From assembly GCA_016748015.1 (NCBI GenBank), contig JAAOMT010000096.1:195955-259954 (forward strand): 64,000 nucleotides of DNA. The letters are read 5' to 3'. Made by a program: the position numbers and the translations under genes. The notes beneath the pieces were generated by a model. The model worked only from the letters and a program-made list of their open reading frames with translations. It had not been told where the DNA came from and did not search any database. Numbering within the stretch: position 1 is the stretch's first letter; every line of letters begins with the position of its first letter. Shown here in pieces: positions 53,101-64,000 of this stretch. Source of the stretch: Geosiphon pyriformis uo1 (taxonomy: Eukaryota; Fungi; Glomeromycota).

Positions 53101-54864
53101 AATTCGTATACCTAGAAACTCCTTTCTAAATAGGACTGAGTGATTAGATTAAATATAAAATCTGTGACAAATGCAAAGAAAATAAAAATTTTGAAATCGA
53201 TAAAAGCTAGGTGTACCATTTTCAACTTGTCTCTTTTGCACCAGTGTTATCCACCGGAAATTTAAGGAATCTCAGAAATGAGATAAGATACCCAGATTGT
53301 CTTCATAAAATTAATACAAAAAATTTATAAAAAGAAAAGTGTAACACGGAAAAACCATCTATGTCATGGATGAATTATTGGAACAAAATTATAGGAGATA
53401 ATAAAAGAGGAAGAAAACTTTGTTCATCTTAATAAAATACAATAGCTTAAATCAAATCTCAAGATTAATTATTCCCCGATTGTTTATTGAATAACTAAAT
53501 AAATAAAAGATTGTTTGAACTAATTTCATGATGAATAACACTCAAATATTTTCATATATTATAAAGCTTAAATTTAACAGGATAAATTTTCTGACACGTG
53601 TGTTTACTTTGATGAAAAAACAAATACGATTGCTCAAAAATTTGTCAGCAATTTTCATATGGGAATAAATTGGATTTGATTCATAGTGGTGGGGCAAGAG
53701 AGTGCTTTCATGAAGTAAGTTCTGAGCCCAGCAGTTTAAAAAAAAAATTTGATCATCTAGAAAATTTTTTAGAACAGTTTACTACATATATTAATAACCA
53801 TAGGTCAACTAAAAATTCACACTCGTGACCTAATCAACAGAGATTACAAAGAAACAACTTTGGTATCTTTTTTTTTTTTGAGAAAATAAAATATTGACCA
53901 AATTCAGAGGCATTTGGTAACATTTTTTTTGGAACGTTCAAATTGAATATCTTTTACTTTTCCTCGGCCTCATACAGCTATTGTAATTACGATTTGTGCA
54001 AATTTGCAACACTATAATCTACGAATTAAAATTTTCTAAAAGCAAATTTTAGCCAGATTCTATTAATAATTTAGAGTTTCAAGTTATTTTTCATATACAG
54101 CGATAAAATTAAGCTACTTAGTATTTAACCAGTTAAATTAATAATTAAATTTTTTATTTTTCATTTTTATACATTCTTAATTTTGTTTTTATATTTTATT
54201 TTATTTTTAGTTGAAGTTTTGTCAATTTTTCTTAATAAAAGAAATTGATAAAAAAAATTTATTTAGTTGGTAATTTATAAAACTTTTTTGTTAATTTTAT
54301 CAATTTATTTTGTCACTCAATTACTTTTTTAATTTTTAATTATCAATTAAAAAACATTATATTTTAAAATTTTCTTTTATGTAATTATAAATTATGCAAT
54401 AATTAAACAAATTAAAAACCAATATTCTATTTATTAAAGCATTATTATTTAAATTATTAAGTAAAATTCAAAATTTGAGTAAAATTTTTATTAAAATTTG
54501 AAATTATTTAAAATAAATAATTATATGATTTATTACAGTTTTAAGATTTAAAGATTTACAAATTCAATATAATTTATTAGCTATTATACATTCTAAAATT
54601 AATAAATCTTTTTTAGTAAATTAAATTTAGAAATTTGACAAAATTTATGTCTAATCTTAAAACATATGGACAAAAAAAAACAAAACATTAATTACTTAAA
54701 TTCTTACAATTATTTTTAATGTTCAATTAATAATAATAATTAATTTTTCATAAACTTAATCTTTTAAAATTTTAATAAATTCAACTTTATTTTATTTATT
54801 TTTGACCAATTATCAAAATAATACGTTTTTAATAAAATATTAAAATTTGTAAAAGTCTAAGATA

Positions 54865-56020
54865 CACTAAACAGAAAAAAGTTATGAGACCCCTTTACAA
54901 TTTTAATATAGCAGCTTTAAAATTTTATTTATAGATATATTAATTATTTATAATTAGTAAAAAATATACTAAAATATAATTAATCCTATTTATATTATAC
55001 TTTTTGAGTTTAATATAAAAATTTTCAGAAATTTTTAATGATTTTAATACATTTTCAAAAAATCTAAAATTGAATAAAAAAATTAACTGATTTTGGTGTA
55101 TAAAAATTTTTATTTTCAAAAAAAAATGAAAATCTATATTTAAAATATCAACACAACTCAATTATTCTAAATCAATTATTACAAATATGCTTTCTCATCA
55201 TAAAAAATCGATAATATTAAAAACTGGTCTTTATTCAAGAATTCTTTAAAAAAACTTTTATTAGTTCAAACACACCAAAAAAACCGACTTAATTGATATA
55301 TTAAACATTCTTAATAAACAATTCAAGATTAGAAAAAAGTTATTTTGAATAACAAATTTAAATTTTGTCTTTTCTCTAAAACTTTAAAGAATATTAAAAG
55401 AAGATTAAACAAGATTTAATAAAAAAACATCTAGTACCTATTGTAAAAAATTTTAAAAGAGAATTATAATATGAGAATTTTTTTGTAAAACTGGATTGAA
55501 TCTTTTAGTTTTAATAAAAAAACATTAAATTAGTTTGAATATATTAAACTATTAAAAACCCATTTATTACAATAAATTCAATACAAATTTAATCATCAAT
55601 ATTTATCTTTTTCAATAAGATAATGCTCCAAGTTATATCGTTCAAGATGTTAAAACTTGGATAATTTAAAAACATCTTAATTTACTTTTCAAATAACCAA
55701 CACAATTACTTGATCTTAATCTTATTAAACATTTATGAAATTATTTACAAACACAACTTACAAAATAAAACCGCTCTCTGTAAATACTTGCAAATCATTT
55801 GTTGCATTACAAAAAAATGGGAAATAAATTCACAAAATATTTACACAAAATTAATTATTAATAAACTTATTAAGAAATGTATTAAGAAGAAGAAATCTAA
55901 CTAGTTATTAAATATTAACTTTTTTTATTTAATATATAATAAATTAATTAATATTCATCAAGTTAATAACTAATTAAATTTAAATTTATTAGATTCTAGT
56001 TTAATAAAATAGATCTCAAA
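54865..56020 (+). mobile_element. Fossil Tc1/mariner DNA transposon (DDE transposase about 55140-55910)
   Basis: Degenerate motifs appear in the correct order: KTGLYSRI; D*KKVILNNKFKFCLF (consensus WKKVIxSDESKFCLF, 55327-55374); FQ*DNAPSY (FQQDNAPSH, 55610-55636); *PTQLLDLNLIKHL*NYL (WPAQSPDLNPIEHLWDYL, 55694-55747); terminal RNLTSY*. A candidate left end TA|CACTAAACAGAAAAAAGTTATGAGACCCC starts at 54863. The right end is uncertain. Confidence 0.85.
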
Positions 56021-56879
56021 TGAAAAGTTTTTGTTTTTGTTAATTATTGTTTAAGCAAAAAATGTTTGTTTTTAGTAAATTATATTTATTTTGAATATTA
56101 AAATTTCTAAGCTATTAATTAATTTTTACAAAAAAACTCTTTATATATATTTCTAAATAATATTATTTCAAATTTTAATACTATTATTTTGTAATAATTT
56201 TGGCAAATTATTCAATATTTTGCTCAAACTATTTACATTTGAGTAAATTTCTTTTTATTACATGATTTGAAATATCAAATAATTTAATTATAGCATTTAA
56301 TTACATTAATATAATTGAACAAATTAAGTTGTTTACTAAGAATTATAAACAATTAAAATAAATAACAATTAAATAATAAATGTAAAATATAAAATAATAA
56401 TTTTTGGGTTAAATTTTAACTGAAAATATTGATTAAAAAAAATTATAAATTTAACATTATGTTTTTTTGAATAAATTAATACTTTTATAATATTTTAACT
56501 TTTATAAATTAGTTTTTGTTTATTTGAATAACAATAATATTTATTTCTATTTTATGTTTAATGATTTTTTTTAATACTTTTTAATAATTATGTTATTTTT
56601 ATTTAATTATATATAATTAAGCATATTATATGCTTAACCCACTTTATTTTTAGAATTAATTAAATATTTAATTTTTGGCTTAATTATTAATTTTCTTAAT
56701 AATTTGTTTTTTTTACTAATTATATAAATATTTTTTTAAAATTATAAAAAAATACTATTATCATTTAAGCAAACAATAAAAAATTGATCCAAAAACAGGA
56801 ATGATAAAATTAAGATTTTAATTCACAACTGGCATTAATCTACTTAAAAACTGGAGAAAATTGTAAATCAATTATTAAT

Positions 56880-58820
56880 CAAATTAAGTAAGCTGATTTA
56901 TGAATTTTTAGAATAGTTTGGAATTTTCTTAATCAACTGTTTTCGAGTAATATTCCTTTAAATAAGTAAATTTGTTTGGATACCAAACATGAAATTCTCA
57001 AACTAATTAATAGGTATTTGTTACATTTTTTACAAGTTCCTAAGTAGTATTTAAAAAAAGGTATTCTTTTCAACAAACTAGGTATCTTATTTCCAACTTT
57101 TTTAAATTCCAATATTTTTTAATTTCAAATTTGATGCCATTTTTGAATTGAATAATTAGAATTAACTTTTTGTTTGTTTACATAAACTTGGATAGTAATA
57201 AAAATTTAATAAAGAAACATAAAGACTATTATGAATGTTAAAATATGCTGACAGTTTCAACTTATAAATCGTAAGAATAACTTAACAAGTTATTTTGAAA
57301 TTAACTGAGTTTCTTATAATTTAATTTACTATAGAGTTGAATTGATGTTATCTTTCAAAAGTCAAACTTTATTCCTTATTTCAAATTTGGGTGCTTTTTG
57401 ATGCTGTTTATCTGTTCCTTTTTTATACTTCTTGATACTATTCTGAATCTTAATAATATATTCTCTACCAATAAAATTTATTAATTTTCTGACCACAAAA
57501 ATATTAAATCAAGAATTTTATTTATAATTAATAACAAATAAAATTGTTTTAATTAAAGTTTGCTAATTAGAATAGGTTAAACCAATCATATTGCTAATAA
57601 TCACAAAATATTGTAAGTACTATTTCAGAATTTAACTAATATGTTTAGTTTAATCGTTGGTTTGAAAATATAATATTAAAGATAACAACATCTCAAAAAT
57701 CTAATTGAGCTGTTTTCTTTAAGATTATATTTTTTAAACATAGAATAAAGTAAGCTATTTTAGTTAAATAATATACTATGATTAAAACTACATTTTTTTT
57801 ACCATGAGTAAATTTGTTATAAAATCTATAAAATTAATTTAGAATAGACAAAAGTTGTAATAAATCAAAAAAAAATTATAAAGTAGAAATCTAATAATAT
57901 GCTCATATTTTGCAACTGATAAAATAAAATTATCAATATTTGTAGCTTGTTTAATTTCTTTAAAAAGCTTTAAATCAATACAAAAGAAAAAAAGAGCAGT
58001 AATTTTCAATTACTTAGCTTTAAGTAACATAGTTTTTTGTTAACCATAAATTTTATCATTAGATTCAAATTATAAATAATGTTAAAAAACATCTGCTTTG
58101 TTCGATAAAAAACTGAAATAATAAGAAATTTTAAAAATTAAAATTTGTCAAAAAACTTGATACCAAATTTGACCTTGATTAAATGTTTAAGTTACCATAA
58201 AATACTGAAGATTTTCATAATTACAAAAAACAACAACTGAATGCTAAATGCTAATAAAATGATAATGTTATTGTTTCAAAGTAACAAAAATTACCAAAAA
58301 ATCTTTTATTATAAATCTTATAATTAATTTTTTGAGCAAAAAATTTATACAAATAAAAAGCAATTAAGTGTAACTGGCCGTCCAATCTAGATTGTAATAA
58401 AATAGCACACCAAGTAAGAGTCATATCTATAAACAGCTACTAATAAGCTAAATCTGACTAATGTAATTTGGATAATAATAAAGTTAAAGCTAAATAATGA
58501 GTCAAATTTGATTTACAAAATTTTGAAACATAAAACAATCATTGAACTTTTTATGTAAGCTAATATTTGATTTGTAAATGGTGGAGTAGCTTGAATATAT
58601 TGTAGTTGTGTAAAAATGTTCTTTAATTAAATTTTTTTTGTTGAACTATTTGTAACACTCAACAATTTGAGCAAAGTCAGTTATTTTTGAAAACATAGTA
58701 GGCAATTAAAAAAAGTAGATCAATTAATAACTGAATTAGTAAGCTAATTTACAAATAGTTTAGAATAGTCCAGAATTTTTTTGATCAATCGTTATCTCAT
58801 AACAAATAAAAGCAATTAAT
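56880..58820 (-). mobile_element. Fossil Ty3/Gypsy (chromovirus-like) pol fragment: RT end, RNase H, integrase, GPY/F module, chromodomain
   Basis: Minus-strand degenerate motifs in Gypsy order: AILLQ..DGQLHLIAFYLYKF..KINYKIYNK (HPIAFYSRKF..EINYEIYDK, about 58300-58410); NKADV; IDFITNL; YLTKIAYFILC (RLTKMAHFIPC, about 57740-57775); FCDY*QYDW; APKFEIRNKV*L..SKLNYKKLS*F; YKLKL..FNIHNSLYVSLL; FEIKKILEFKK..KG..ENS*L. No LTRs were identified. Confidence 0.8.
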
Positions 58821-59445
58821 TTCTGTTTTGGTTTTATAAATTAATACTTTTTTAATCTTTTATTTGTTTTTTATTCTAAACATCTTAAGATAAAATATTA
58901 AATTTCTTTTTATAATTTGTAATTGTTGCTATAACTTGAATTGATTAAAAAATAATAATTGAATTAAAATTATAGCAGTTTTATTATTATTTTTAATAAT
59001 CACAAATTATTTTCTATTTCAAAATTTTTAAGAACTATAATTTTGAAACTGATTATATTAATCAAATTACTTACTCATTTAATTTACTTTTTATATAAAT
59101 TTCATTTGTTTGTTTTCATTGTTATATAATAATAATTTTTTCTGTTATCGATATGTTTTATTATTTCAACTTGTAACAATATTTACAATATTTCGAAAAA
59201 AAGTGGTAAAATAACTATAAAAAGCTGATTAAGTTAAACATGAAAAAATATTATTTTGGAAAAACAGTTAAACAATTTTGGACCACATTATTAGCAAAAA
59301 TAATAATCAGTTAAATTCTAAAAAAACTAAAAAGTATAAAGTTTTACAGTTTTTTTGAAACATTGATTAAAAAAATTTATCAAAAGATTTTAAAAATTGC
59401 AATAAACATTCATATTTTGACTAATAATTTTATTAAAATTTCTAA

Positions 59446-59514
<69 letters not shown>
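59446..59514. repeat. (ATT)n microsatellite
   Basis: Directly visible. Confidence 0.92.
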
Positions 59515-59699
59515 GAATTAAAAATAGCTTACTCTTACAGCAAATTGAAGTCAAATGTTTTATATAAATTGAAATTAACGCAAATTATAATTATTTATGT
59601 AATATAAACCAGAAAGTTATTGATAATTTTTCAAAATAAAACAAAATCACATACTTCAATTACAAATAATAATTTTATCAACATAAATAATATTAAAAA

Positions 59700-60350
59700 G
59701 CATTTATATATTGCAAAAATAGTCCTCAAATAAGAAAATAATTTTTTGAAATACATTTTATATTGTAAATGCCAAAAATTCCAGCAATTTACTTAGAGTA
59801 ATTAAAAGGCATTTTGGAAAAAAACTCGTTTAGTCCCAAATACAAAAGAATATATTAACTTTTGTGAACTTTGTTAAAAAATATTTTGTAATTCATAAAA
59901 GTTAAAAAATAGCTTGATGAAGTTTAAATTAATTTAATTAGACTTTTACTTATTACAACCAAAAATATTTGTCATACTGTATAAATTATTTTACAAATAA
60001 ACAAAATTACAGCTATTCAAACAACAAATAATTATTTGCAACAGATTTTATTATTTACAAACAAATAAACTTGTAAATTATTAAACTAAAATTTTGAGCC
60101 AAAATATTATAAGCATTTAAACACTAAAACAAAATACAACCAAAATTATATTATTTGACTTAGCATCCAAAAAAAAACAATATTAACAGTCAATTTTTTA
60201 GTGAAAATTATTCAATTCAGCCTATTATCAAAAAAAAACTAATAAAAAACATATATCTTTTATAGTACTTTAAAAAAAATGACAAATTACTACTTTTTAC
60301 ATTAAAAGTTTCTAAGCTTAGCAAAAAAATTTTAATAATTTGTTTTTAAT
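59700..60350 (+). mobile_element. Second, more degraded Gypsy-type integrase remnant
   Basis: KEYINFCELC*K (integrase Zn-finger CxxC), INLIRLLLITT (IDLxGPLPIT) and NYFTK*TK-like (DYFTKWxE) segments appear in order at about 59840-60020. Boundaries are approximate. Confidence 0.55.
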
Positions 60351-62004
60351 TACCGACAATTTTAAAATAGAAAAATAAAATGAAAAATTTAAACCAAAAT
60401 AAAATCAAATATTTTTTATATACCAAGTTTTAAACTTAATAATAAAACTGAATAAAAAAATAGCACATAATAATAATTTCACAGAAAAAACAATTTAAAT
60501 TTTTTATGTTTCAAATTAATATATACCTTTAATTAAGTTTTAAAAACATTTTACAAGACTTAAAACCAAAATTTTTTAAAAAATCTTCAAGTATTAATAC
60601 TTAAGTAATTTAATTTAGAAAATTTTCAAGTTAAAAAATGTTTTTTTAACAAATAATTTGAGAATTTTTTATTTTTATAAAAATTAATAACTTTAAAGTT
60701 AATTAACAAATATGTTAAACAAATTTATTTTTGATTTTTCTGGCTTTAAAATTAATGTTTTTATAAAATTAAATTATTATACTTTAATATAAAGTATAAT
60801 ATCATTGAAATATTGTTAAATAAATTGAAATCAGTTGGCCTTATAAAAGTTTATCTAAAAATTATAATTATTAAGAACTTTTAAAAAACTTATAAAGAAA
60901 TCAGTAATTTTTAAAAATATTGTTATTGATATAAATTTGAAACACAATATTAATTTTAATTTTTATACTATAGGTTTTTTATTTAGAAATTTTTATTTTA
61001 TAATCAAATATTCAATTTTATAAATGTATAATTTTTTATGTTAAAAAATAAATAAAACCTTTGCAATTTATAAATAGATTATATTTAAAAAAATTACATT
61101 TAATTTAAAGTTAAAATTCTACCTATAATAATAATAACAATTGTTTGTATCTTAGTTTTTTAACATGCAATTGTTTTAAACTGCTTATACAAACGTCCAC
61201 ATATTTGATTAAGTTTATTGTTAATTTATTTTCACCCAGATCCCGAATTGTGCATCACATGGCTTAACTTCTTTTGGCCGTTCTTTGTGGCATAGGCCAG
61301 AAAAACTGTCATACATTGTCAATTATGAAGATAATTCTATTAAGTTGCAATCTATATTTTTTCAGTTCAAAAATGTTTAGAGCAGATCTAGAAGCATTAG
61401 AAATGGCTATAAAGATGAATTTAATTTTCTAGTTAGTTTTTATCGAAATTTAGTACAGTGAAAAGTAGTTGAATGACATCAGATTCTTATGCGCAAAACA
61501 AAATTAAGAAATATGCGAACATATAGTTTTGGGCTCAAATTGTCAAAAAAAATATGGAAAAAATTGAAAACCAAATACTTTTAAAGACGCTTATCATGAT
61601 AATTAATAAGATGATCACTCGCAAAATTTTCAAATATTCTGTCCAAATAATAATGACTAGTTTTCATTCCAAAAAATGTAACAAATTAATTAAGGTTTTG
61701 GTTTGAAGTCAAGAAAATTCCAAAATTTATTAGAAATAGATATGAAAGTCAATGGTTTTGATAACTAATACATGTAATAAGCTTAATTAGATTACCTTAC
61801 AACACTATTAAATACTAACTGGAAATTCTTTCATTGTAAAAAGAAAATATTTAAACAAATTCTTTAAAAGTGAAAAGTTCTTAGCAATATTAATTTTCAC
61901 ATAACTATTAGTTATTTATAATCCCAAACTCCAAATATTGTTGTTTTTTATCCAAAGTAAATTCTAAAAAAGAGCCTAAATGAATCACAAAAATACCAGA
62001 GATA

Positions 62005-63512
62005 AATACGATAAAGACTTTTGGATTATTTCAGGTATCGCCATTTTAGATTTTTGAAAGACCACCATTTGCTTGCCTTTCTTGAATCATCTATACAGCT
62101 ATCGCGATTTCAAATTTTTACTTCTTAAATATTTTCAAAAAGTGCTGTTAATAGAATTGAAGCCAACTCTCTATTTTACGAGAAAGTATAATAGCTTATA
62201 AAAATCGGTTAAAATTGTACCACGAAAAAACACATGTAACCATAACTTCCACAGTTTAATTGTTTTTCGTATGAAAAGTAGAAATTATACGCCAAAAAAA
62301 AGTCATCTAGCATAGCTCCTTTTTATTGGTGGTTCCATAACCCCAATTGAAGATACTATTAGAATGCTTTTTAACAGCTGTACTCACACTAATCTAATCT
62401 TAAAATTCAATTTTCAAACAGATGTTTTGTCTCTTGCAGAAAACTAAAAACGAATAGTATTATAATATTAAGAAATTAGTTTTTATATCAACTGAGACTG
62501 AACCGTTGACGCAAAAACAGCTACAGGATTTATTAATTTTAACTTATAACTACTCAAAACTAAACTTTTTAAAAGTACAGATCTATTTTTTGCAAAAAAC
62601 ATCTTAAAGCAAAATAGAAAACTTATTTTTTGAAAAGTATTCTGTTAAAAATCTTTATTTAAGTGTAATTGTTGAAATTTTTATCACAATCATTTAAGGA
62701 TATGAAGGAAGCCCGTCGTCTTCAAGGGTTTCCACTCTAGAAGATTCACGGGGTTGAATTATTTGTTTCTTGGACAATGTTTTTTATATGCCCTTGTTTA
62801 ATGGCCTCAGCTATCTTTTGCAATTTAATCGAGCCTCAATCGATTCTTCGTGCTACATTTTCATTTGATTAATTTAAAATAATCACTGGACCTATAACAT
62901 TTATTAAGCAATGAGATATCTGAATTTAGAAAAAACTTTGCGTAAGATTAATATTTTATCCTCTTAATACAATGTAAAATAGTCTCTATTTTGGTCTCTA
63001 ATGTTAAATGCAAAATTTTAAGCTAGAAAAAGATAAAAAGGGTTTTGGGAGTTAAGATTATCCTCAGTTATATTTATCATTATAAGGAGGTCAATTCTCA
63101 GACTGTACCAGAAATAAAATTTCTTAATTGAGCTAAGTTTTGTATTGAATTTAAAAGATCCCGCTCTATGCTTGCAATTTGTTGTAAAAGGTCTTTTTGA
63201 TAGTATATTTGCCTTTGCTGTACCATTTGAGCTGAAGGATCGATAAATCTAGTATTCAAACCTTGCTGAATATATTGTACTTCCATATTTTGCGGAGTAG
63301 ATGACCGGTTAAATGAGTTCCTGATAGTTCTGGAGGTGCCGATGAAACATTAACTGCATGATGTTGACTTATATGATTCAAGCCGTTATAATTGAAGTTT
63401 TCATAACCGGTTTCAAGGGAAATATCCTGAATATTAGAAACAACACTAGGATTGTGAGATGAGGAGTTATCAAGTGAATAAGATGGATTCATTTTTATAA
63501 TCAGTATTACTG
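62005..63512. repeat. Inverted segmental duplication, right copy (partner 12322-13930)
   Basis: Reverse-complement similarity to 12322-13930. Similarity stops about 20 bp upstream of the ATG. Confidence 0.85.
63098..63492 (-). pseudogene. Frameshifted paralogue of the 131-aa N/Q-rich gene
   Basis: Track ORFs 63256-63492 and 63098-63286 are the two halves. There is a 1-nt deletion near 63310 (TCA AAC CAG in the intact copy vs TTA AC CGG here). Confidence 0.75.
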
Positions 63513-64000
63513 ATTTGTGCTATACAAATCTGTGCAATTAAAAACCTATAAGAGTAAAAAAATTGATCTCAAAATTCAATCTAAAATATGTGTCTACAGT
63601 ATATGGTTTCTTTAAATTCATATTAATTAAAATAAAATATAAAATAATTTTTTTTTCAATATCCTAAATTGATATCAATAATTTCTGCAAAATAACAGCT
63701 GTTTTAATAATTTTGATGAACTATTTGAAAAAAATTTGCAAATCCAAAAAATATTTGATTATTTTTAACATTGATAAAATAAAATAGCGTTGATTTTTTT
63801 GAATTTATTTTAATAATATCAGCTATAATAATATATTTATTTGCTTTTAATCAAATTATATTGAAAAAGTTTTTTTGATCTTTTAAAAATACTAAAATAT
63901 TATCCAAAAGAATAACTTCAAATTAGTTTAAATATATTGAAAATTTTACTTATAAGTTACGAAAATAACATATTAAAAAGGTAATAATAACTGATGTTGA

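Noticed and set aside
1-64000. CRISPR arrays, rRNA, tRNA, prokaryotic operons or defence systems
   Set aside because: No regularly spaced repeat-spacer array, cloverleaf or rRNA-like segment was seen, and spliceosomal introns throughout show the DNA is eukaryotic.

Overview
This is an AT-rich, intron-dense eukaryotic window. Gene content and intron style suggest an early-diverging fungus, probably Glomeromycotina; that assignment is inference. The ORF track breaks the real genes into pieces, so the models below were spliced by hand using GT..AG sites. (1) Two tandem, same-strand paralogues of a giant gene (<1-8587 and 26260-36464; about 35 exons and about 2,500 aa in the complete copy). They encode an N-terminal region, a GBP/RHD3/VLIG-type P-loop GTPase, a long Cys/His-rich region and a C-terminal vWA domain with an intact MIDAS. 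The copies are a mosaic of near-identical tracts and diverged tracts. (2) Two spliced class-3 lipase-like genes whose nucleophile Ser is replaced by Gly, plus a probable third 5' fragment. (3) Two small secreted Opy2-like Cys-rich peptide genes, each disrupted by one frame-breaking lesion; the ORF track misses one entirely and shows only the second exon of the other. (4) A 626-aa protein with a C-terminal POU-specific/lambda-repressor-like HTH. (5) A SKI2 3' pseudogene fragment. (6) An inverted duplication of a small N/Q-rich gene, one copy frameshifted. (7) A transposon graveyard at about 54-61 kb (Tc1/mariner and Ty3/Gypsy) erased largely by C>T/G>A transitions in non-CpG contexts, while the duplicated giant genes are untouched. 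The best candidate for an undescribed system is the diversifying giant GTPase-Cys/His-vWA pair, read as putative innate-immune or non-self sensors, sitting among catalytically dead lipases and small secreted peptides. No database searches were run; family calls come from motif recognition.
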